Shown here: in pieces, positions 8,127 through 16,067 of the stretch | How positions within the stretch are numbered: the stretch's first letter is position 1 | How the letters are laid out: every line of letters starts with the position of its first letter | Source: a virus | Lineage: Duplodnaviria; Caudoviricetes | Strand: one strand, 5' to 3' | IMG/VR virus record: IMGVR_UViG_3300017909_004016 | Coordinates: 1 to 35,360 of that record | DNA length: 35,360 bases | Notes under the pieces: generated by a model | Seen by the model: only the letters and a program-made list of their open reading frames with translations | Told to the model about the DNA's origin: nothing | Database searches by the model: none | Position numbers and translations under genes: made by a program

Positions 8127-8175
8127 TTTATTACCTCATTTTTTTTAGGTTATATCATTTCTTGAAAAATAATAA

Positions 8176-8188
8176 TACTTGACAAGTA
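8176..8188. promoter_or_regulatory. Palindrome containing TTGACA (operator/-35 candidate)
   Basis: TACTTG-A-CAAGTA between divergent genes. It shares CTTGACAA with the reverse complement of 6200-6207. Confidence 0.55.
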
Positions 8189-8213
8189 AATAAAGGTTAG
8201 GTGTGTTTATTAT

Positions 8214-8282
8214 ATGCCCGCCGTTATTCTTTAATTTCTTTTCAGTTTAGATAATTATTGGTTTATTTTTTTAGGCGGGCAT
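8214..8282 (+). promoter_or_regulatory. 9-bp GC stem closing a 51-nt U-rich loop directly 5' of the ssb RBS
   Basis: ATGCCCGCC (8214-8222) pairs with GGCGGGCAT (8274-8282). Confidence 0.55.
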
Positions 8283-8298
8283 TTATGGAGATCTAAAA

Positions 8299-8634
8299 AT
8301 GCTAAATCACATTACTCTGATTGGTAATCTTGGGCGAGATGCCGAGGTACAAGCCGGCGGCAAAATGCTGAGAGCTCGAATTGCAACAACTGAGCGATAC
8401 AAAAATAAACAAGGCGAGTATGTTGAAAGTACAGAATGGCATACTATTAAATATTGGAGTGATTACGCCGGGCAAATGATCGAGCGATATAGAAAAGGTG
8501 TACGGGTTGTTGTTGTTGGCTCAATCGCCTATGAAGAGTACAACGGTAAAAAAGAAGCAATTGTTAAAGCTAAAACAATTAAAACTCTTTCATCGGCACT
8601 CAATCGCAATACTGATCAATGGGATAATCAATAA
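8299..8634 (+). CDS. ssb: Single-stranded DNA-binding protein (short, OB-fold only)
   Basis: MLNHITLIGNLGRDAE, IATTERYK...ESTEWH and KGVRVVVVGSI are classic SSB motifs. Confidence 0.95.
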   Translation: MLNHITLIGNLGRDAEVQAGGKMLRARIATTERYKNKQGEYVESTEWHTIKYWSDYAGQMIERYRKGVRVVVVGSIAYEEYNGKKEAIVKAKTIKTLSSALNRNTDQWDNQ

Positions 8635-8646
8635 AAGGAAAAAATT

Positions 8647-8808
8647 ATGAAAAAAGTAATTGATAGATTACCTAAAAGATTTCAATTTACTATTCACAAT
8701 CTCATTGCTCATCCATTAATGGAAATCTTTTATCAACTCGGTTTGAGTAATTTGGCTACATGGATTCATGAGAGCACTTGCCCCTCAGATCCGGATCAAT
8801 CTCTTTAA
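8647..8808 (+). CDS. Small hypothetical protein (53 aa), absent from the ORF track
   Basis: AAAGGA RBS. Translates as MKKVIDRLPKRFQFTIHNLIAHPLMEIFYQLGLSNLATWIHESTCPSDPDQSL. The stop overlaps the next start (TAATG). Confidence 0.8.
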   Translation: MKKVIDRLPKRFQFTIHNLIAHPLMEIFYQLGLSNLATWIHESTCPSDPDQSL

Positions 8809-9062
8809 TGATTTGCGATTTTTGTTTAGTTGATAATCGATCAGTTACGCAATTATCAATCAGTATCACTGAGTACAATGAAATCACTCATGAGCCGAGC
8901 AATGTTTGCTCAACGTGCCTGAATTGTATTAGAGTTGAATTGATAGGAGTGAGAGATCTAAGAAGGGTTTCAACCTCATTCAACTTTAACAGAGATTTAC
9001 ATAAGAGTTTTATAGATGCCAAGAAAAGCAAAAAGTCAAAAAACAGACAAAATAAAAAATAG
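8808..9062 (+). CDS. Putative zinc-binding protein
   Basis: TAATG coupling sets the start at 8808. Two CxxC motifs (CDFC, CSTC) and a basic C-terminus. Confidence 0.55.
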   Translation: MICDFCLVDNRSVTQLSISITEYNEITHEPSNVCSTCLNCIRVELIGVRDLRRVSTSFNFNRDLHKSFIDAKKSKKSKNRQNKK

Positions 9063-9486
9063 AGAAAAACATTGCCCGCTTGTTTCAACTGCAATGATGA
9101 GCGTATTTGATCATATAGCTAAAGGCCATCATATAAAATATGCTTGCATTTTGGGCGGCGTTGGTAAATCTGATTTTTATCGGTACATTGATGAGGCTCG
9201 CAATGAGAAACCGGTAAACTATGCAACCCCTGATCAGCAAAAACAGTTTCTAGCAAATGTTGAGTTGGCAAATGCTTCATACGTTGATAATCGTCTTGAT
9301 GCTCTCAAGGATATGAGAGAGGGCAATTTAAACCCCTCAATCTTTAGGCAAGTGCAATGGGAGCTCTCAATAAAAGATAATGAGGTTTACAGCCAAGCCG
9401 CCCGCACTCAACTCGAAATCAAGAATCAAACCAATCCACTTTTGGAAGTTTGGCAATCAATACTTAATCAAAAGGAAGAAGATTAA
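9016..9486 (+). CDS. Terminase small subunit-like HTH protein
   Basis: IAKGHHIKYACILGGVGKSDFYRYI...FLANVELANA...WELS pattern and 156-aa length fit the HTH-type TerS family. It is not adjacent to terL. Confidence 0.55.
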   Translation: MPRKAKSQKTDKIKNREKHCPLVSTAMMSVFDHIAKGHHIKYACILGGVGKSDFYRYIDEARNEKPVNYATPDQQKQFLANVELANASYVDNRLDALKDMREGNLNPSIFRQVQWELSIKDNEVYSQAARTQLEIKNQTNPLLEVWQSILNQKEED

Positions 9487-9489
9487 TAT

Positions 9490-10542
9490 ATGGAGAGATT
9501 AACACAAAAAAGGATGAATTTTTTACATGATATTACTCTCAGTGATTTAGAGAGATGTATCATGAGCAATGAGCGTTTTTTTTGGGAGCATTCAACCGAG
9601 GTAATTTTGCAGTTGCAAAAACCTGAGAAGATGCCCGGGCGAGATCTATTGATTTTCAGGGGGCCAACTCAAACCCCTGATGACAATGGCCGGCTAAGAA
9701 ATACAAAAGCGTATCAAGGAGATCTTGAGCCCCTCGCCAATATCGAGCTTAAAACATGTACAACCCCGGCAAATATAAACCGTCAACTCTTTGAGGCAAC
9801 ATCAGATTGCCTGAGGTTTGGCAGTTGGGGTATTAGAGGGTATAAAGATCGGCCTATGCCGTTTAAATATAATATCGGCATTGTATGCTATATTGATCAA
9901 CATGAGGCCCTTGAGTTTGCCGCCGTTTCAATTAATTATCGTCAAGAGGTTTATCAACTCGGTGAGAATCCTGATGTTAAAATTTTTAATACATATTACA
10001 GCATGAGCGAGTTATGCAAGGGCATCAATTTTCTAATCAATGTAATTTCAAATGATCAAGGGGCCCCGGATCTCATTAACTCTCTCGCTAAATATGATGG
10101 CACTAATTTGCAAATTGATTTTAATCGATTCGCTCTTGATCCTCGGGTTAATCAATTTAGCTCATTGCCCTCGCCTGAAATTGAAGAGCCGCCGCCCGAG
10201 CCTATTCATGATCAAACTGAATTAGGCGAGCCGCTGCCACTGCTTGATACACCGCCCGCCGAGCGTACAAAGATCGAGCGAGATGTTGAGGCATCTAAAC
10301 TCACTCAACGCACTAAAGATTTTTTTGCTCTATTGTACCCAATCATAAAAGAAAATGGCCAAACATTTAAACTTTATGAATTAGAAGAGCAATTCGATTT
10401 ACATTTAAAAACAATCAGGCGCTATTTAGATTTTCTTGAAATCGCCGGGTTTATACATTTAGATATGATTAAGAAAAAAACGGGCTCAAGCCGGGCCCGA
10501 TTAACTCAAATCTATATTGAATTGAATATTGTGAATGTATGA
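9490..10542 (+). CDS. Hypothetical protein: PD-(D/E)xK-like N-terminus, Pro-rich linker, C-terminal winged HTH
   Basis: GRDLLIF...NIELKT, then PSPEIEEPPPEP, then FKLYELEEQFDLHLKTIRRYLDFLEIAGFI. Confidence 0.5.
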   Translation: MERLTQKRMNFLHDITLSDLERCIMSNERFFWEHSTEVILQLQKPEKMPGRDLLIFRGPTQTPDDNGRLRNTKAYQGDLEPLANIELKTCTTPANINRQLFEATSDCLRFGSWGIRGYKDRPMPFKYNIGIVCYIDQHEALEFAAVSINYRQEVYQLGENPDVKIFNTYYSMSELCKGINFLINVISNDQGAPDLINSLAKYDGTNLQIDFNRFALDPRVNQFSSLPSPEIEEPPPEPIHDQTELGEPLPLLDTPPAERTKIERDVEASKLTQRTKDFFALLYPIIKENGQTFKLYELEEQFDLHLKTIRRYLDFLEIAGFIHLDMIKKKTGSSRARLTQIYIELNIVNV

Positions 10543-10742
10543 AACCTGAGCATTTAAATGAGCATTTAAACGAATTAGCCCAATGTGTATCCGATGGATT
10601 GGATATAAGAAAAGCATTGAAGCGGTGCCCGCCCCAATTGATCAAGCAACATCCAAGGCTTGAGTTTATTGTTGAGGGCCTGTATGAGCTCGCTCATTGG
10701 TTTGAGCCGATCTTAGAAGATGATGAAGATGATGAGGCTTAA
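10539..10742 (+). CDS. Hypothetical protein
   Basis: ATGA overlap with the upstream gene and an acidic C-terminus. Confidence 0.65.
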   Translation: MKPEHLNEHLNELAQCVSDGLDIRKALKRCPPQLIKQHPRLEFIVEGLYELAHWFEPILEDDEDDEA

Positions 10743-10814
10743 TATTCACTAAAGAGCCAATCGATCAAATACGCAAATATAACAATCACTGTAAATACTA
10801 ATAAATCATTTACC

Positions 10815-11045
10815 ATGGCAAGATACCTCACTACTCAAGATCTGATTTTTCATAATCCTAAGTATCAACGTTGGCCTGAGTTGCCAAGCGGTTTTTTTAC
10901 TATACCCGCCGGCTCTCAGGTGTATCGGTGCAAGCGTACTCAACAAGAGGTACTCAAGTTTAAAAAGCGAGGTGTTGATTTTTGGGTAGTAAGTTGGTTT
11001 GGCCAACGGATTTATTTAGAAAGTAAATATATCAAGCGAGTATGA
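10815..11045 (+). CDS. Hypothetical protein
   Basis: Co-oriented ORF filling the gap. The RBS is weak. Confidence 0.55.
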   Translation: MARYLTTQDLIFHNPKYQRWPELPSGFFTIPAGSQVYRCKRTQQEVLKFKKRGVDFWVVSWFGQRIYLESKYIKRV

Positions 11046-11061
11046 GTAATTAAAAGAGGAA

Positions 11062-11161
11062 TTAAAAAAAGCCCCTTGAGAAGATACATAAACAGTCTTC
11101 AAAATATTTACTCTACATGATTAAAAATAATGTAAATAAAAAGGCAATTCTCTCGGGGCTT
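11062..11161 (-). terminator. Terminator-like structure for terL with an unusually large structured loop
   Basis: AAGCCCC..GAGAA (11069-11082) pairs with TTCTC..GGGGCTT (11148-11161), and the T7 run on the minus strand corresponds to A7 at 11064-11070. It lies between convergent genes. Confidence 0.45.
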
Positions 11162-11198
11162 GGTATTCAATCTTACTGATTGATCTCAAAAGATCAAG

Positions 11199-12566
11199 CT
11201 AAAACCGCCCGGGCAACTTTTTCTTTAAAGCTCGGTTGCGTTTCTCCCTTACCTTGCCCCGTTTAACATCAACCGGCTTATCTCTCCAATGCCAATTGAT
11301 TACATGGTACCTGAGAGCATCAATGCAATGCTCTAAATCGTTTTTCTTGGGCTTTCCATTCTGATCAAAGGCATAAGTAGTAATACCCCTTGAAAGAGAG
11401 TGAGAAGACGAATTAAGGCCCTTATCCCATAATTCTTTGCTTAGGTACATTTGCCCCCGCTCAAAAACATCTCTTAAGCGAGAGAGCCCGTTGAGTATAT
11501 CAACCCGTATCGGATCGGTTGTATATCTGATCGGCATACCCAAGCCCGCCGGGGGCAATGCCCGCCCCATTGTACGAAATGCACTCAGGGCGGTTTGATC
11601 TGATCGAGCGGCCCCGGCTTTATCACCGCTCGCCGCGTCAATCCATATAAAATCCTGATGAGGGGCTAAATGCTGATGAGCCCGGGGCCAAACCTTTTTA
11701 AGCATGAGTTTAGTGAGCTCGCTTATTGTTATCTCGGTTGGCGTAAACTCTAAATGAATTACATCAGCATTAAGAGAGTCATCATGAGAGATTACTAAAA
11801 CCGCCGGCTTTCTAAAACCCCAATCTATTGCTAAGTAAGTACTCATCTCAGGCGAGTATTCCCAATCGGCTAAAACGTGTTTAATTGGATCAAATGTTGA
11901 TACCGCCAAGCCCGCCGGCGGCGTTGGCTTATTATTAATCATTGCCTCATATTCCTCGGCGGGCAATGTTTTCTTAGCAACATCAAACCACTCTTTAGAG
12001 AGATTTTCTTGATTTACGAAAGAGGTTGCTCGAATCACCGCCCCGCCAATCTCCTCAGTTGAGTTTACCCACCAAGCCCCCCAAGTTGGCAACCCGCAAA
12101 TGATCAAGCGGGGGCCAATATCCTCAGCCGATCTAATTCGCCCGAGGGCTTTATGCATAACCTCATCTTGCATTGTTTGAGCCTCATCAATACAAGCAAA
12201 CCCGCAGTCTATACCCTCAAGGCTATTTTGATCAGCCGAGCGAGTGCCGGGGCGAAAGTAAGCCCGACACCATATAATATGGCCATTGGGGGCAACCCAT
12301 TTATTTTCAAGTGAATTATAAGACCAATCCACACCGGTTAGGCGGCTAGTCCATTCGCTTAAAGAAGGATGTACAACCGTTCTATAACGGGGGGCCGAAT
12401 CAGTAATATATAAACTTGCACCGCCGGGGTGAGCCATTGCATGAGAGATAATTGCCATTGAGAGGGCGGTTGTTTTACCCGAGCCCCAACCGGCAACAAC
12501 CGCAATTATCGGCTCTTTCAGGTACGCCGATAATAGTTTAGTTTGTAATTGATTAGGTTTTATCAT
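11199..12566 (-). CDS. terL: Terminase large subunit
   Basis: Walker A GWGSGKT, Walker B ACIDE, nuclease motifs AIDWG and DLEHCIDALRY. Confidence 0.93.
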   Translation of the reverse strand: MIKPNQLQTKLLSAYLKEPIIAVVAGWGSGKTTALSMAIISHAMAHPGGASLYITDSAPRYRTVVHPSLSEWTSRLTGVDWSYNSLENKWVAPNGHIIWCRAYFRPGTRSADQNSLEGIDCGFACIDEAQTMQDEVMHKALGRIRSAEDIGPRLIICGLPTWGAWWVNSTEEIGGAVIRATSFVNQENLSKEWFDVAKKTLPAEEYEAMINNKPTPPAGLAVSTFDPIKHVLADWEYSPEMSTYLAIDWGFRKPAVLVISHDDSLNADVIHLEFTPTEITISELTKLMLKKVWPRAHQHLAPHQDFIWIDAASGDKAGAARSDQTALSAFRTMGRALPPAGLGMPIRYTTDPIRVDILNGLSRLRDVFERGQMYLSKELWDKGLNSSSHSLSRGITTYAFDQNGKPKKNDLEHCIDALRYHVINWHWRDKPVDVKRGKVREKRNRALKKKLPGRF

Positions 12567-12592
12567 ATTTATAAGAAGTCCTTTCGCATATC

Positions 12593-12627
12593 CCCCCGCC
12601 TTGGTTTAGGGTGAGCCAAGGCGGGGG
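12593..12627. promoter_or_regulatory. Strong GC hairpin in the divergent terL/portal gap
   Basis: CCCCCGCCTTGG (12593-12604) and CCAAGGCGGGGG (12616-12627) form a perfect 12-bp stem, followed by CTTTATAT on +. Confidence 0.7.
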
Positions 12628-12706
12628 CTTTATATCGCTTTTAAAAATAGTTATGATTTTTATAGAAAATTATATATACTATAGCTAAATAAGTCTTGAG
12701 GATAAA

Positions 12707-14113
12707 ATGAAAAGAAGAGTCTCAAAGCATCTCAAAGCACAAAGCCCCTCTTTTAGAGAGCGGGGTATTTCAGGCACTCAACTCAATAGCGGGTATATCA
12801 CCGGGTATGAGAAAAACCCCTCCTTTACCGACCCCGCCCGATGGGCTGAGGAATGTATTGAGATGTATCGTACGGATCCGGTTGTACGCCGATCTTTCAA
12901 CATACTCAAGCAAACTTTACTTAGTGCCGCTTGGCGATGGGTACCCGCTGATCAAGATGATGAGGATTGTTGCGAGTATGCTCGATATGCTAACGAATGT
13001 TGGGGCCTTGATGGATATTCCGGGCAAATGTCTCAATCTTGGGAATCACAATTAAACTATTTATTTGAGTACCTAAAGAACGGATTCAGGGCAGCTGAGG
13101 AAATATACAAGATTGATCAAGATGAGTTTGGCCGTACAATGATATTCTTAGACCACTATGCCGATCGAGAGCCAACCTCAATTTATAAGTTTATCTCAAG
13201 CGATGATCAAAACTTAGACGGTATTATGCAATGGGGTGTAAATGGATTGCATCCCGATCCAATACCCGCCAATAAAATGATTCTTCTTACCCTTGGTAAA
13301 ACCGGCTCAAATTTCGCCGGCGATGGCGGTTTTTTTCGCCCTTGTCATTTTTATTGGAGATCTAAACAACGGGCTCTCTCTTTGCTGATGATAGGCATTG
13401 AGCGGTTTACCTCACCAACTCCGATTGTAAAGGTTGATCGATCTCAAGCCGAATCGCTTGGCATGACTGATGAAGATATAAATGCCGCCGTTGATGAAGC
13501 TGAAAGCCAAGCCCAAGCATATACAGCTCATGAGGCGGCTTACTTGGTTACCTCGCCCGCTGTATCGTTTGAGGCATATGGCGGCACCGCCTCGGGTTTT
13601 AATCCTGATATGGCCTTAAGCGTTGTACGCGAGGCTGATCAGCAAATCTCAACTGCATTTCTTGCTCAAATGCTTGAGCTCGGGCGGGTTGGTAGTGATA
13701 CCGGCTCAAGAGCGGTTGGTGAGGTTCATATGAGCCTATTCAGGCGATCAGCCTTGAATATTGCTGATTATGTTGCGAGCGTTGTGAGCGGTAAGGATAG
13801 GAGAGGAGCGGGCACAATTGGCCGTTTGATTAAATTCAATTATGGCAATGTATCGCCCTCTAAATTGCCCCGTTTAACTCATACCGGTTTGGATGTTGAT
13901 GCACTTGCCGAAAGCTTGGCAAGTTTGCCCTTGCTTGTACAATCCTCTCTCTTAACCCCCGATGATGAGCTTGAGCGATTGATTAGGCAACGAGTTGGGG
14001 CGGGCGATTTACCTGAGGAGGCTGAAAGATCGGCAACTGATCGCTCAATGAGCACCGTTGGCAATTCATCGGCCCTTGGTGAATATTTAAAAAGGAGGGT
14101 AAAGAATGGCTAA
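12707..14113 (+). CDS. Portal protein (Mu gp29/DUF935-like)
   Basis: 468 aa, first gene of the head operon. Motifs MYRTDPVV, GFRAAE, IERF..P, DQQISTAFLAQ.L and GSRAVGEVH. Confidence 0.88.
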   Translation: MKRRVSKHLKAQSPSFRERGISGTQLNSGYITGYEKNPSFTDPARWAEECIEMYRTDPVVRRSFNILKQTLLSAAWRWVPADQDDEDCCEYARYANECWGLDGYSGQMSQSWESQLNYLFEYLKNGFRAAEEIYKIDQDEFGRTMIFLDHYADREPTSIYKFISSDDQNLDGIMQWGVNGLHPDPIPANKMILLTLGKTGSNFAGDGGFFRPCHFYWRSKQRALSLLMIGIERFTSPTPIVKVDRSQAESLGMTDEDINAAVDEAESQAQAYTAHEAAYLVTSPAVSFEAYGGTASGFNPDMALSVVREADQQISTAFLAQMLELGRVGSDTGSRAVGEVHMSLFRRSALNIADYVASVVSGKDRRGAGTIGRLIKFNYGNVSPSKLPRLTHTGLDVDALAESLASLPLLVQSSLLTPDDELERLIRQRVGAGDLPEEAERSATDRSMSTVGNSSALGEYLKRRVKNG

Positions 14114-16064
14114 GAAGCGTACTCAGGCTCAAACCCCGGCACCTAAGAAAGATCAAATCAAAGGCTCAAAGGTAAACCCCAAGGGCTCGGCAAGCGGTAC
14201 CCGGGGCGGTATTCAGATCTCTGATAAGAATGAGAAGACGCTTGAGCGGTATCGAGATGAGCACAATGATAAATATAAAGCTAAAAGCAAACAAGTAAAC
14301 CTCGGTATGCTTAAAGCGGTATTCAGGCGAGGGGCGGGGGCATTCTCAACAAGTCACCGGCCAAACGTATCAAGCCGAGATCAATGGGCTCTTGCTCGGG
14401 TTAAAGCTTTCTTGAAATTGGTAGGCACCGGACAACGTAAAAAAGCATACAATACAGATCTCGATTTATTACCCAAGGGGCATCCTCAAAGATCCGAGAA
14501 AACTCAAACCGAATTACTTGCCCCGGCTAAATATGATCATATTGATTTTACACCGCCCAAGGGGGCTCAACAAGCCGCTGAGAGAGCTCTTGAGGTAAGA
14601 GCAAGCAAGCCGCCTTCTCAACGGGGTATGACCTCGGTAGGCATTGCCCGGGCAAGAGATCTCGCCAATGGTAAAACCCTCTCACCTGATACCGTACGCC
14701 GAATGAAAGCCTATTTTGATCGGCATGAGGTTGATAAAAAAGGGTCAACTTGGAAAGATCAGGGCAAAGGTTGGCAAGCTTGGCAAGCTTGGGGCGGCGA
14801 TGCCGGCCAATCTTGGGCGAGTAAGATTGTTGCTCAGATGAATAAAGCTGATGAGGCTGTAAAGATGAATGAAATTATCTCAGGCAATGCGATTGCCTTA
14901 AATGAGGATATTCAAGAGCATGATGGGCTTTATGTTGGTAAGCGTTTTAAAACGCTCGCATTGGGGCCCGTATCATCTCGGCAAACCGGCGATATAATTG
15001 CAACGGTTTCTAAAGAGCTGCTTGATGAATTTGTAAGAGTATTCAATGAGCGAAAAGATTTTGATCCGGTTATTATCGATTGGAATCATAATTCAAGCCC
15101 TTTTGCCGATGGCGATAAAACCCCCGAGGCAAGCGGGGCCCTTGGTAAAATCATTGAGATCTCTTGCGATGATGAGGGGCTTTACGTTGTACCCGCTTAT
15201 ACTGAGAAGGGGCGAAAAATTGTTGAAGATCATCAGGGCATATTATACTCATCACCTGAGTTTATTACCGGTGAGGTTTTCTCAAGAGACGGGGGCAACC
15301 TCATCTCAAAATTAGGTCAATTGTTGGCGGTTACACTTACCCCAAGGCCCCAACAACAAGCCGATCGAATTGATACTATAACTCTTTCTGAATCCGAAAG
15401 GTATGAAATGATGGATAAAGAAGAATTGAAGAGCATGGAATTAGATCAGCTCATTGATCTACTCATGCAAAAAGATGAGATGGTTAAACGGCTTGAGGCC
15501 GATATTAACAAGATCAAAGAGGATCATGCAAAAATGCTTAATAAATCCGAGGGCTCCGATTTAAAGGAGGATGAGGATAAAAAGGAAATGAAAGAGCATG
15601 ATGATGATAAGAAGGAAATGAAAGAGCATAAAGATGAGGATAAAAAGGAAATGGGTGAAAAACGCTATTCAATGAGCGAGGCCGTTTCTTTATCTGAGTT
15701 TAATGCCCTGAAAGAGCAAGTTGTACAACTCAAAGCCGAAAAGCAAAAGATTGAGCGAGATAATGCAGTAAGCACTCTACTCAATGAAGGTCGTATTACC
15801 CCGGCTGATGTTGAGTATGCCAATCATGCATATGAATGCTCGATCAATGGAGATCCTACCCATTGGGCTCGCCTCTCTTCTTTGCCCGCCGTTGTACAAT
15901 TCAAAGAGCTCGGTCATGGTAAAACTCACGAGGCTCTTAATGAGCAAAATGCTCATGAAAAAATTATGGCCCGGGCAAAGGCTGATAACATCACTTTTGC
16001 CGAGGCAATGAAGCGAGAATATTCAGATAACCCCGCCTTGAAAAATATCATTTTTGGGAGATAA
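14106..16064 (+). CDS. Mu I-like prohead protease/scaffold with ~250-aa N-terminal extra domains
   Basis: Motifs VIIDWNH, ASGALGKI, GLY...YT..G, YSSPEF and LLAVTLTPRP. The C-terminus is an acidic coiled-coil scaffold with DKKEMKEH repeats. Confidence 0.82.
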   Translation: MAKKRTQAQTPAPKKDQIKGSKVNPKGSASGTRGGIQISDKNEKTLERYRDEHNDKYKAKSKQVNLGMLKAVFRRGAGAFSTSHRPNVSSRDQWALARVKAFLKLVGTGQRKKAYNTDLDLLPKGHPQRSEKTQTELLAPAKYDHIDFTPPKGAQQAAERALEVRASKPPSQRGMTSVGIARARDLANGKTLSPDTVRRMKAYFDRHEVDKKGSTWKDQGKGWQAWQAWGGDAGQSWASKIVAQMNKADEAVKMNEIISGNAIALNEDIQEHDGLYVGKRFKTLALGPVSSRQTGDIIATVSKELLDEFVRVFNERKDFDPVIIDWNHNSSPFADGDKTPEASGALGKIIEISCDDEGLYVVPAYTEKGRKIVEDHQGILYSSPEFITGEVFSRDGGNLISKLGQLLAVTLTPRPQQQADRIDTITLSESERYEMMDKEELKSMELDQLIDLLMQKDEMVKRLEADINKIKEDHAKMLNKSEGSDLKEDEDKKEMKEHDDDKKEMKEHKDEDKKEMGEKRYSMSEAVSLSEFNALKEQVVQLKAEKQKIERDNAVSTLLNEGRITPADVEYANHAYECSINGDPTHWARLSSLPAVVQFKELGHGKTHEALNEQNAHEKIMARAKADNITFAEAMKREYSDNPALKNIIFGR

Positions 16065-16067
16065 ATT

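Noticed and set aside
11068-12631. AAAGCCCC / GGGGCTTT as inversion sites flanking terL
   Set aside because: Only 8 bp long, both belong to local hairpins, and no recombinase is encoded.
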